Of a stretch of DNA of 64,000 bases, positions 29,132-37,926 are shown one piece after another; position 1 is the stretch's first letter; each line of letters starts with the position of its first letter. The stretch covers positions 3,867-67,866 of the forward strand of contig JBGPTH010000015.1 of assembly GCA_041490525.1 (NCBI GenBank). The letters run 5' to 3'. The DNA is from Nitrospiria bacterium (GTDB taxonomy: Bacteria > Nitrospirota > Nitrospiria > Nitrospirales > NS-4). The position numbers were made by a program, and so were the translations under genes. The notes beneath the pieces were generated by a model. It did not search any database. It was not told the origin of the DNA and saw nothing but the letters and a program-made list of their open reading frames with translations.

Positions 29132-30802
29132 CTATTTCTTCAATTCCGCCCAGGCCTGCTGGTAGTCCTCGAAAGTGTCCACCTCCATCCACCCCTTGTA
29201 GATGGTGAGGCAGGAGACCGTGTGTCCCTGGTCTACCAGCTCCTGGAGCATGTCGGTGAGGGAGGCTTTGGCGAGGGAGGCGGCTTCATGGAAAGGACGG
29301 TCGGAAGTACCGGCCGCTTTCTTGTAAGCGGCCTTCAGAATGTCGGTTCCCCGCTCCGACAGCATGGCCAGGCCGATGAACTCGCCGTGCGCCTGGTCCG
29401 GGTCCAGGTGCTGGCCGATCTTGATGAGCCGGGCCGGGCCTTCCGGCGGGACGAACCGGTAGCGGGCTTCCGGGGGATGGTCCATGAGCACGAGGTCCGG
29501 CTTCGCGTGCGGACGCGGCAGTCCGTGCCGGTGGTGATCTGCCCAGGCCTGGTCCACCACGACCGTGATGTCGGCGGGGCTCTTGAGGAGCTTCAATAAG
29601 ATTCCGGTCTCGAAGATGATGTCGGCGTAGAGCAGCAGGCAGCGGCCCTTCAGCTCGTTCTCGGCGCAGAAGATCGAGGCCAGGTCCCCGGTCTCCTCAT
29701 AGCGGTCGTTGTCGTAGTAGCGAAGGTTGGGAAGCGCGATCTTGTCTTTCTGATATCCCCTGATGACGGCGATGTCCTTGATGTGGACCTCGTTCAGGGT
29801 TGTCACCTGACGTTCCAGGATCGTCCGGCCCTTGATGTCCAGCAGGCATTTGGGTTTGTCCTGGATGAGCGGCATCAGTTGTTTCTCAAACCCGGCCGCC
29901 GGAATGATGGCCGTGATTTTCTCGGCCCCCACCGGGAGGAACTTGCGTTCGTCCTCCTCCAGCTTGGTGACCCCGACCAGGTCATAGACCTCCTGGAGGG
30001 ACACCATCCGGTCCGCCACCGCCTCGGCGCGGGTTTCGCGCTTCAGCACGTCCAGGGTGTCGCGCATGGCCTTGATGGCTGTCCGAATGACCTGGTTGGC
30101 GAAGATGACGATCTTGAAGCCGTGTTGCTCGAGCTCCTCCGCCCTCACCGAGCTGAAGATGGTGGGGACGACGACCAGCGGGACCCGGCCGGACCACTGC
30201 CGGGCGACGGCGCGGAGCTCCTCGAACGTGGGCGCTTTCGAGTGGATCAGGACGGCGTCAGCGCCGGCGTCGGCATAGGCTTCGGCCCGCTTCAACGCCT
30301 CGTCCTGGCCCCAGCCCGCGATCAGCGCCTCGGTTCGGGCGATCACCACGAAGTCCGGAGAGGACTGCGCCGCCTTGGCCGCGCGGACCTTGCCGGCGTG
30401 CTCCTCGACGGACACCAGCTCGCGGCGGACTCCCGCGTAGAACGAGCACCGCTTGGGGAAGACGTTGTCCTCGATGCAGATGCCGGCGATGCCGGCCTTC
30501 TCATAGTCCTGGACCGTCCGCATGACGTTCAGGGCGTTCCCGAACCCGGTGTCGCAATCGGCGATGACCGGAAGGGCGACCGCCTCCACGATGTTCCGGG
30601 TCACGTCGAGCTGTTCCGTCATCGTGAGGAAGCTGCCGTCGGGGATGCACTTGAGCGAGGCCGAGATGCCGAACCCGGAGGCCCAGATCGCGTCGAACCC
30701 GGCCCGCTCGATGAGCTTCGCGCTGAGCGCGTCGTGAGCGCCGACCGTGCGGATGAGCCCCGGCCGGTTCATCAGCTCGCGAAGTCTTGTTGCGTGGCGC
30801 AT
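29132..30802 (-). CDS. PEP-mutase-family (ICL/PEPM superfamily) domain fused to a C-terminal nucleotidyltransferase-like domain
   Basis: 556 aa. The N-terminal ~290 aa carry ADCDTGFG, ARTEA and AGADAVLIHSK (PepM-like), with the active-site loop EDNVFPKRCS. The C-terminal ~255 aa are NTP-transferase-like (AIIPAAGFEKQL...DKPKCLL...YADIIF). Confidence 0.8.
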   Translation of the reverse strand: MRHATRLRELMNRPGLIRTVGAHDALSAKLIERAGFDAIWASGFGISASLKCIPDGSFLTMTEQLDVTRNIVEAVALPVIADCDTGFGNALNVMRTVQDYEKAGIAGICIEDNVFPKRCSFYAGVRRELVSVEEHAGKVRAAKAAQSSPDFVVIARTEALIAGWGQDEALKRAEAYADAGADAVLIHSKAPTFEELRAVARQWSGRVPLVVVPTIFSSVRAEELEQHGFKIVIFANQVIRTAIKAMRDTLDVLKRETRAEAVADRMVSLQEVYDLVGVTKLEEDERKFLPVGAEKITAIIPAAGFEKQLMPLIQDKPKCLLDIKGRTILERQVTTLNEVHIKDIAVIRGYQKDKIALPNLRYYDNDRYEETGDLASIFCAENELKGRCLLLYADIIFETGILLKLLKSPADITVVVDQAWADHHRHGLPRPHAKPDLVLMDHPPEARYRFVPPEGPARLIKIGQHLDPDQAHGEFIGLAMLSERGTDILKAAYKKAAGTSDRPFHEAASLAKASLTDMLQELVDQGHTVSCLTIYKGWMEVDTFEDYQQAWAELKK

Positions 30803-30900
30803 GAGTCCCTATGGTGCGAGAGCCGGGGCGAGAAAGTCAAATGGAAAGTGGAGGGTCGGTGGGTTGTATGAGCCGAGTGGGAATGGTATAAAGCCTGGCC

Positions 30901-31650
30901 ATGGCGGACAGGGCGGCTCTGGGCAAGGTTGCGGTGATCACCGGCGGGGCGAAGGGGATCGGCCGCGCCATCGGCGTGGACCTCGCTGCGAGCGGCTGGA
31001 ACGTGGCCTTCTGCTACAGGACCTCCGAGCGCGAGGCCGCCGAGACGGCGGCGTTCATCAAGAACCACGGGCGGCGCGTGCTGGCCGAGCGGTGCGATGT
31101 CTCGGATCCGGCCGCGGCTGAGGCCTTCGTCCGGAAGGTGGAAAAAGAATTCGGCGCGGTGGACGCCCTCATCAACTGCGCAGGCCCCTACCATCGGGTC
31201 AATGTCCTGGAGGAGACCCCCGCCGGGTGGACCGACATGTTCGCCCACAACCTGCACCCTGTCTTTTACATGAGCAAGGCCGTCTCGGCGGGCATGAAGG
31301 CGTGCAAGTGGGGGCGGATCGTGACCTTCTCGATGGCCAACGCCGACCAGATGGTGGCTCAACCCGAGGTGACCGCTCATTACATCGCCAAGGCGGGGGT
31401 CCTGATCCTGACCCGCACGCTGGCGAAGACGCTGGCCCCACACGGCATCACGGTCAATGCGATCTCCCCGGGCTTCATCAACTCGGGGAGCGCGCCGGAG
31501 GCGGAACTCGCCGCCATGGTGAAAAAAATTCCGGCGGGCTACGTCGGCGAGCCGCGCGATGCCGTGGCGGCGGTCCGGTTCCTCTTGTCCGACGAGGCGC
31601 GGTACGTGACCGGCACGAACATACACCTCAGCGGCGGGTGGGGGATCTGA
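30901..31650 (+). CDS. short-chain dehydrogenase/reductase (FabG-like)
   Basis: 249 aa with TGGAKGIG and YxxxK (HYIAKAG). Confidence 0.85.
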   Translation: MADRAALGKVAVITGGAKGIGRAIGVDLAASGWNVAFCYRTSEREAAETAAFIKNHGRRVLAERCDVSDPAAAEAFVRKVEKEFGAVDALINCAGPYHRVNVLEETPAGWTDMFAHNLHPVFYMSKAVSAGMKACKWGRIVTFSMANADQMVAQPEVTAHYIAKAGVLILTRTLAKTLAPHGITVNAISPGFINSGSAPEAELAAMVKKIPAGYVGEPRDAVAAVRFLLSDEARYVTGTNIHLSGGWGI

Positions 31651-33186
31651 ATGGCCCAGGATTTCGATCAGACGATTAAAGACGGCTATCGGTTTGAGGG
31701 CGCCGTGCTTGATGTGGGGCGTGCCCTCCGAGGCGGCAACGTGTTTCCCGACCTGCCGGTCAGGTTGCCGTTGGCCATGATGAACCGCCATGGGCTGATC
31801 GCGGGGGCGACGGGCACCGGAAAGACGAAGACCCTCCAACTGCTGGCCGGAGAACTGTCGGACGCCGGCGTGCCGGTGTTTCTCGCCGACCTGAAGGGGG
31901 ATCTCTCCGGCCTGGCCAAACCCGGCGTGCCCACCGAAAAGCTCCAGAGCCGTTGCAGAGATCTTAAGATCACGTTTTCTCCGAAGGCCCACCCGGTCGA
32001 GTTCCTCAGCCTGACCGGAAAGCAGGGCGCGCAAGTCCGCGCGACCGTGTCCTCATTCGGCCCGCTGCTGCTCGCGAAGGTGCTTGCCCTCAACGACACA
32101 CAGCAGGGGGTTCTCACACTCCTCTTCAAGTTCTGCGACGACCATCACCTGCCGATCCTGGACCTCCCGGATCTCAAGGCGGTCCTGGCCTATCTTCAGG
32201 GCCTCGACTCCCAGCAATTGGCCGGGTACGGGGGCATGGCGAAGGCCGCGCTGGGGGTCCTCAACCGCAAGCTCGTCGAGCTGGAGCAGCAGGGCGCCGA
32301 CCTCTTCCTCGGCGAACCGGAGTTCGACATCATGGACCTGTTGCGGACGACTCCGGACGGCAAGGGCATCGTCAGCCTTCTCTCACTGACCGATATCCAG
32401 GACCGGCCGGCCCTCTTCTCGACGTTCATGATGTGGCTGCTGGGAGAGCTCTTCCATCGGCTTCCCGAACGGGGGGATGTGGACAAGCCGGTGCTGGTGT
32501 TTTTCTTCGACGAGGCGCACCTCCTGTTCGAGGAGGCCTCGAAGGCCCTGGTCAATCAGATCGAGCAGGTAGTGAAGCTGATCCGCTCCAAGGGGGTCGG
32601 CGTCTACTTCGTGACCCAGACGCCGAAGGACATCCCAGCGGACGTGCTGGCCCAGCTCGGGAACCGCTTCCAGCACGCGCTGCGGGCCTTCACGCCGGAC
32701 GACGCCAAGGCCCTCAAGGCGACCGCCGGCACGTTTCCGAGGACGCCGTTCTACGAGATCGAGAAAGAACTCACGTCGCTTGGGATCGGAGAGGCGCTGG
32801 TCACGGTCCTCGACTCGCAGGGACGTCCCACGCCGGTGGTGGCGACGCGCCTCATTCCGCCGGACTCGTTCATGGGGGCGCTGGAGGAGAAGGACTTTCA
32901 GACCAAGGTCAAGGCCGGGACATTACAGGCCAAGTACGCGCAGGCCATCGATCGCGAGTCCGCGCGGGAAATCCTCCACAAGAAGATGGCCCTGCCGACG
33001 GAAGCCGGTGGAGCCGCTCGTGGTGAGGTTGAAGAGGGAGAGCCGATACCTCAACCGGCGGGGGGTCGACGTGGGAAGCCAGAGCCGTCGCTCGCGGAGG
33101 AGATTCTCAAATCCCCCCTCACCCGCCAGATCGGAAAGGAAGTGGTTCGCGGCCTGTTCGGGATGTTGAAAAAGAGTCTTCGGTAG
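31651..33186 (+). CDS. HerA/FtsK-like P-loop ATPase (DUF853/YjgR type)
   Basis: 511 aa with Walker A GATGTGKT and Walker-B-like VLVFFFDEAH. The start abuts the SDR stop. Confidence 0.78.
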   Translation: MAQDFDQTIKDGYRFEGAVLDVGRALRGGNVFPDLPVRLPLAMMNRHGLIAGATGTGKTKTLQLLAGELSDAGVPVFLADLKGDLSGLAKPGVPTEKLQSRCRDLKITFSPKAHPVEFLSLTGKQGAQVRATVSSFGPLLLAKVLALNDTQQGVLTLLFKFCDDHHLPILDLPDLKAVLAYLQGLDSQQLAGYGGMAKAALGVLNRKLVELEQQGADLFLGEPEFDIMDLLRTTPDGKGIVSLLSLTDIQDRPALFSTFMMWLLGELFHRLPERGDVDKPVLVFFFDEAHLLFEEASKALVNQIEQVVKLIRSKGVGVYFVTQTPKDIPADVLAQLGNRFQHALRAFTPDDAKALKATAGTFPRTPFYEIEKELTSLGIGEALVTVLDSQGRPTPVVATRLIPPDSFMGALEEKDFQTKVKAGTLQAKYAQAIDRESAREILHKKMALPTEAGGAARGEVEEGEPIPQPAGGRRGKPEPSLAEEILKSPLTRQIGKEVVRGLFGMLKKSLR

Positions 33187-33204
33187 ACGTCGCCCCCCTG
33201 CGTC

Positions 33205-33699
33205 TTACGGCATCAGGTAAAACCCAAGGGCCTCCTTCAGAAAAGGATCCGGAGACACGTATTCCACTCCCAGGATGAACCGGGCCTTCTCGGGAATGAT
33301 TTCGCGGATGGAACAAAGCGGGTCCAGCTTCGTCCGTTGAAGGTCGTCGAGAACCACCCGGATCGTAACCAATTGGCCTTCGACGAGATTCTTGGCGGAG
33401 GTCACGGCCAGTCGCATGCCTGTTTGGGAGATATCAAGGACCGTGCAGCTACGCTCAAATGTCCTGACGTCGGAGTCGACCGTCAGACTGCCCTGAAGAT
33501 TGACGCTCCTGCGATAGGTCCTCCGGAAATTCACCAAGACGCTGGAGGGCTTCCCACACGGACACTCGTAGATGAAGGGATTCGGCAAGTCCGGGGGAAG
33601 TTCGTCCACCCGGAATTCCCGTGATCGGGGGCAGTAGGGGCACGAGACGATGAAAGTGTTCGTATCGGAAACGTAGAGCTGTAAAACGTTATCTGCCAT
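33205..33699 (-). CDS. PilZ-domain protein with N-terminal zinc-ribbon
   Basis: 164 aa with CPYC...CPCG, then the c-di-GMP-binding motifs FRRTYRR (RxxxR) and DISQTGMR (D/NxSxxG). Confidence 0.75.
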   Translation of the reverse strand: MADNVLQLYVSDTNTFIVSCPYCPRSREFRVDELPPDLPNPFIYECPCGKPSSVLVNFRRTYRRSVNLQGSLTVDSDVRTFERSCTVLDISQTGMRLAVTSAKNLVEGQLVTIRVVLDDLQRTKLDPLCSIREIIPEKARFILGVEYVSPDPFLKEALGFYLMP

Positions 33700-34052
33700 G
33701 ATTCCTGACTTCGAGGCCCATGAGAGAGGACCGTGGGGTCTGGGCCTCCATTAGTCTAGTATGTCGGAATTTTCCGTCCGTTTCATAAATCAGGCACTTG
33801 CGTGGTCTCCGAGACCTCGCCCAAGTCTCTGTCGGAGAAGGACATCGGGGTCTCGGACATGCCTGATGTATGAGTGACTGACCTGATTCTCCCCATCGGC
33901 CCTCCCGTTGTCAAAGGGAATTTTGCTGAGTGGCAACCATTTCAGGACATTTACGGGCTTGTGCGAAACTATCACATTCTCGATCGGATGGGAGGCGCCT
34001 GTCTTTGGATCGGACGAGGGACGATCGGGCGGAAAAGGGGGTGGGAATCCGC

Positions 34053-34748
34053 TCAGTCGAGGACGGGGTTCAAGTTGAAGGCCACGCTGATGCGAGGGGC
34101 CGTGCCGTGGTAGGTGCTGACCGCGTGCGAGAGCCACCCGGGAAACAGCACGCACCGGCCGGTGACCGGGGTGATCGAGATGCTCTTGCCGGCGTCGTGC
34201 AGCTCGGGCATCGCGTACCGCAGATAGGGCGCGAGCATCGAGGGGAGGCATCCCCGGGGATCAAAGAGCTGCAAGTCCCCGCCGCACCCGCCCTGGGCGG
34301 GGATGTCGCCCGCATCCACATAGTACACACCCGACCAGAAGGAGCCGGGGTGGGGGTGGACGGCGTTGCTTCCCCCCTTCCGCTGCACGTTCGCCCAGGT
34401 CTCGATGACCTGCCAACGCGGCTTGGACCCGGTCAGATCGGGCGCCCGTTCGGAGAATTCCGTCGCTTGGGTCGCGACTTCCACGACGGGCGTTAACAGA
34501 TCTTTGACCACCGGAGCCCAGTCCAGCATGGACAGGTCGTGGGGGGAGGACCAGCCCACCACTTCGTGGTCGAGGACGGCCGGGGTCGTCACCTCCCGCT
34601 CGAGGATCGCGGCCCGGAGGTCTTTGTCGATCCGCGCGTGGTCGGGGATCATGAACACGAGCAGCGGAGTGGCGAAGAGCGGCCGGACGTTGATTTCCAT
34701 TTCCTGGGACATGGCTGGCAGGATATCGTCAGGGTCGGGAGGTGTCAA
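34053..34748 (-). CDS. putative 2OG-Fe(II)-oxygenase-like protein (TIGR02466/2OG-FeII_Oxy_5 type)
   Basis: 231 aa with NAVHPHPGSFWSGVYYV and GRCVLFPGWLSHAV...RISVAFN. The start could instead be the internal Met at 34712. Confidence 0.68.
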   Translation of the reverse strand: MTPPDPDDILPAMSQEMEINVRPLFATPLLVFMIPDHARIDKDLRAAILEREVTTPAVLDHEVVGWSSPHDLSMLDWAPVVKDLLTPVVEVATQATEFSERAPDLTGSKPRWQVIETWANVQRKGGSNAVHPHPGSFWSGVYYVDAGDIPAQGGCGGDLQLFDPRGCLPSMLAPYLRYAMPELHDAGKSISITPVTGRCVLFPGWLSHAVSTYHGTAPRISVAFNLNPVLD

Positions 34749-34765
34749 GGCGGGGGCGGGCGCTC

Positions 34766-34795
34766 TTGAGAAGCCCGCCCGCCTCCTTATATAAT
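34766..34795 (+). promoter_or_regulatory. sigma70-like promoter candidate for the phosphonate operon (TTGAGA-18-TATAAT)
   Basis: TTGAGA at 34766-34771 and TATAAT at 34790-34795, with only 9 nt between the -10 and ATG 34805. The -35 is bracketed by the inverted repeat GGGCGGGC (34754-34761) / GCCCGCCC (34773-34780). Confidence 0.4.
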
Positions 34796-34804
34796 GCGAT
34801 CCCT

Positions 34805-35293
34805 ATGTCGATTCCCGCCAAGGACTTCGTCGGCCTGTTGCAGGAAGCCGGGTTCGACTTCTTCACGGGCGTCCCGGATTCGATGCTGGGGGGCGTCATC
34901 GCCACGCTGATCGAGCGGCGGGTCTATGTCCCGGCGGCCCGGGAGGACGAGGCGGCGGGGATGGCCGCAGGGGCTTTTATGGGGGGGAAGACACCGGTCG
35001 TCCTGATGCAGAACTCCGGTCTCGGCACCTCCCTGAACACCCTGATCTCGCTGAACCTGATCTACCTCCAGCCGTGCCTGCTCCTGATCTCCTGGCGGGG
35101 CCAGGGCGGAAAAGACGCCGCGGAACATCTGGTCATGGGCCAGGTCATGCGGGAGTTGCTGGATCTGGTCCGCATTCCTCACCGGACGCTCGGGGTGGAA
35201 ACCCTCCGCGAGGACGTTGGGTGGGCGGCGCAGGTCTTCATGACGCGGCGCATTCCGGCGGCCTTGCTCATCACCAAGGGGGTCCTGGCGTGA
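34805..35293 (+). CDS. phosphonopyruvate-decarboxylase-type TPP enzyme, alpha (N-terminal PYR) subunit
   Basis: 162 aa from ATG 34805. FVGLLQEAGFDFFTGVPDSML...AAREDEAAGMAAGA...MQNSGLG is typical of the Ppd/ComD N-terminal domain. Confidence 0.8.
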   Translation: MSIPAKDFVGLLQEAGFDFFTGVPDSMLGGVIATLIERRVYVPAAREDEAAGMAAGAFMGGKTPVVLMQNSGLGTSLNTLISLNLIYLQPCLLLISWRGQGGKDAAEHLVMGQVMRELLDLVRIPHRTLGVETLREDVGWAAQVFMTRRIPAALLITKGVLA

Positions 35294-35883
35294 GGCCGGA
35301 AGAGGGAGTCCTGACCAGCCGCAGCCGGGCGATCGGGGCCGTCCTGGCCCTGCTGACCGACGAGCTGGTTATTGTCTGTAATGGATTTCCCTCACGTGAG
35401 GCCTACGCCCTGCGCGACCGGCCTGAGAATTTTTACATGATCGGCTCCATGGGGGTCGCGGCGGCGATCGGGTTGGGCCTGGCCCTGGCCCAGCCGCGCC
35501 GCAGGGTGGTGGTCTTCGACGGCGACGGCAACGTGTTGATGGGCCTGGGAACCCTGGCCACCGTCGGGGCCCTGAAGCCCAAGAATTTCGTTCACATCGT
35601 GTATGATAATGAGGTCTACGGTAGCACCGGGAACCAGCCGACGATCTCCCAGACCGTGCGCCTGGAGCAGATGGCCAAAGCCGCGGGGTATCGGAACGTG
35701 GAACGCGTGCGGGAACTGGACGATCTCGTGTATGAAGCCAAAACCATGCTGAAGGAGGATGGCCCCAGTTTCCTGCTGGTGAAGGTGTCTGAACTGGCAG
35801 AGGACGTGGGACGGGTGGAGATCGAGCCGGCGGCCATGACGACCCGATTCAGGGCGGCCGCCATGGGAGGGACGCCGACGTGA
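35290..35883 (+). CDS. phosphonopyruvate-decarboxylase-type TPP enzyme, beta (C-terminal PP) subunit
   Basis: 197 aa from GTG 35290 (GTGA overlap). GSMGVAAAIGLG...DGDGNVLMGLG...NEVYGSTGNQ is the TPP-binding motif region. Confidence 0.8.
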   Translation: MRPEEGVLTSRSRAIGAVLALLTDELVIVCNGFPSREAYALRDRPENFYMIGSMGVAAAIGLGLALAQPRRRVVVFDGDGNVLMGLGTLATVGALKPKNFVHIVYDNEVYGSTGNQPTISQTVRLEQMAKAAGYRNVERVRELDDLVYEAKTMLKEDGPSFLLVKVSELAEDVGRVEIEPAAMTTRFRAAAMGGTPT

Positions 35884-37148
35884 TCTTATTGAATCCGGGT
35901 CCGGTCAACGTATCCGAGCGCGTGCGCCAGGCCCTGCTCCGGCCGGACATCTGCCACCGCGAATCCGAGTTCGTCGAGCTGATCCAGAGCATCCGCGAAA
36001 AGCTGGTCCGAGCGTTCGCTCCGGGCGGGGAGTATCTCGCTCTCGTCCTGACGGGATCGGGAACGGCGGCGGTGGAAGCCGCGGTGACCTCGTCCCTGGC
36101 GCCTGGGCGCCGGTTGCTGGTCGTCAAGAACGGGGTCTATTCCCAACGGATCGTGGAGATGGCCGGCGCGCACAAAATCCATACGGCGGAGATTCCCGGC
36201 GAGTGGGACCAGCGCTTTGATGTCGAACAAGTGGCGGTCTCGCTGCGGCAGAACCAATCGATCCAGGTCGTGGCGGCGGTCCACCATGAGACCTCCACCG
36301 GCATGATCAACTCGATCAAAGAGATCGGGGCGGTCGTCAAGAAGGCCGGGCGCGTGCTCCTGGTGGACGGCGTGAGCAGCCTCGCCGGCGAGGACCTCGA
36401 CTTCACTGCCTGCAACGTGGGATTGATGGTCGGCTCGTCGGGCAAGTGCATCCAGGGATTCCCCGGAGTCGGGTTCGTGCTGGTCCGCCGCGATCTCATG
36501 GAACAGATGGCGAACTACACGCAGCGCTCCGTCTACCTGCATCTTCCCACCTATTACAAGGAGCAGGAAGAGGGCTCGATCCCGTTCACCCCCGCGGTCC
36601 AGCTCTACTATGCCTTCGATGAGGCCCTGAGCGAGCTGTTGGAAGAGGGGGTGGCCAACCGGATCGCGCGGTACCGGAAGATGGCCCGGACGATCCGGAA
36701 CTGGATGCGGACCATCCGGATGAAGTTCTACCTCCGCGAACCGTTCCTGTCGAGCACGCTCACGGCGTTGAGGCTCCCCGAGGGGGTGTATTACGATCAC
36801 CTGCACGACCTCCTGCGCGAGCGGGGCTACGTCGTATACGCCGGCCAATCCAATCTGGCGGCAAGCATTTTCCGCGTAGCCAACATGGGCGCCCTGACTG
36901 AGGCCGACATCAATGGATTCCTGACCGCCTTCGAAGAAATCCTGCCGGAAGCCCAGAAGCTCGGTGCCGAACGGGCCGGGGAAATGGAACAACTGCAGCG
37001 CGAGCGTAAGGATAAGGAGGAACTGGAGAAGGCCGAGGCGAAGGCGGCGGAAGAGGCGGCGAAGGCCGAGGAAGAGGCCAGGAAAGCGGAAGCGGAGGCG
37101 AAGACGGCCGAGGCCGCGGCCAAGCTCGAGGTCAAGACCGGCACTTGA
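35880..37148 (+). CDS. class-V aminotransferase, 2-aminoethylphosphonate:pyruvate transaminase-like, with a charged Ala/Glu/Lys tail
   Basis: 422 aa, GTG start overlapping the upstream stop (GTGA). The N-terminus reads LLNPGPVNVSERV...HRESEF...LTGSGTAAVEA. The last ~55 aa are EAK-rich low complexity. Confidence 0.82.
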   Translation: MILLNPGPVNVSERVRQALLRPDICHRESEFVELIQSIREKLVRAFAPGGEYLALVLTGSGTAAVEAAVTSSLAPGRRLLVVKNGVYSQRIVEMAGAHKIHTAEIPGEWDQRFDVEQVAVSLRQNQSIQVVAAVHHETSTGMINSIKEIGAVVKKAGRVLLVDGVSSLAGEDLDFTACNVGLMVGSSGKCIQGFPGVGFVLVRRDLMEQMANYTQRSVYLHLPTYYKEQEEGSIPFTPAVQLYYAFDEALSELLEEGVANRIARYRKMARTIRNWMRTIRMKFYLREPFLSSTLTALRLPEGVYYDHLHDLLRERGYVVYAGQSNLAASIFRVANMGALTEADINGFLTAFEEILPEAQKLGAERAGEMEQLQRERKDKEELEKAEAKAAEEAAKAEEEARKAEAEAKTAEAAAKLEVKTGT

Positions 37149-37188
37149 CCATGGCCGGGCGTCTGCTGTCGCCACGGGCGGCGTCATC

Positions 37189-37911
37189 ATGAAGGCGATC
37201 ATCCTGGCAGCGGGGGTCGGCAAGCGGCTTGCCGCGGTGACCCGAGAGCGTCCCAAGTGCCTGGTCGAATTGGGCGGGCAGCCCCTCCTGATCCGCTATC
37301 TCAACGCGTTGCTGGAGGCCGGGGTCAAGCGCGCCGCGGTGGTGGTGGGCCACAAGCAGGAGATGATCCGGAGGACGGTCGGCGAGAGCTACCGTGGCCT
37401 GGCCGTCCAGTACGTGGTCAACGACCAGTACCGGAGAGGGAGCCTCTATTCGCTCTGGCTGGCGCGGGTCGCCTTCGACGATGATGTGCTCATCATGGAT
37501 GCCGACGTCCTGTGCCCGTCCTCCTTCGTGGCGCGCCTGATCCACTCGCCGCACCCGAATGCCCTGTTGATCGACGAGACCGTCCGCCAGCAGATGGAGG
37601 AACGCATGGCCATAATTGACGGAGACCGGGTGGTGGCGCTGACCAAGAAGATTCCTCAGGAGACGCCCGACCTTATGGGCGAGGGGGTGGGATTCCTCAA
37701 GGTCACCAGGGCGGATACCCGGTTCATGCTGGCCGTGATGGAACCCTACGTGACGAGGGGCGAGCTGGACATGGAATATGAGGATACGTGGGAGAGTTTC
37801 TTCCGTACGGTCTCCGTGGGCTATGAAAAGGTCGGAGGCCAGCCCTGGATTGAGATCGACTTTCCGGAGGACCTCGAGCGCGCCAAGCGGGAGATCGTTC
37901 CGAAATTGTGA
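37189..37911 (+). CDS. LicC/PntC-like cytidylyltransferase (nucleotidyltransferase)
   Basis: 240 aa from ATG 37189, with MKAIILAAGVGKRL...RPKCLVELGG. The track ORF 36964.. over-extends. Confidence 0.8.
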   Translation: MKAIILAAGVGKRLAAVTRERPKCLVELGGQPLLIRYLNALLEAGVKRAAVVVGHKQEMIRRTVGESYRGLAVQYVVNDQYRRGSLYSLWLARVAFDDDVLIMDADVLCPSSFVARLIHSPHPNALLIDETVRQQMEERMAIIDGDRVVALTKKIPQETPDLMGEGVGFLKVTRADTRFMLAVMEPYVTRGELDMEYEDTWESFFRTVSVGYEKVGGQPWIEIDFPEDLERAKREIVPKL

Positions 37912-37926
37912 AGATCCCCTCACCCT

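Noticed and set aside
34805-35883. Alternative reading of the split TPP enzyme as sulfopyruvate decarboxylase (ComD/ComE), implying a sulfonate rather than a phosphonate pathway
   Set aside because: It is considered less likely. The locus has a PEP-mutase-family enzyme and cytidylyltransferases, which fit phosphonate activation, and I see no sulfolactate/cysteate genes. It cannot be excluded without phylogeny or assays.
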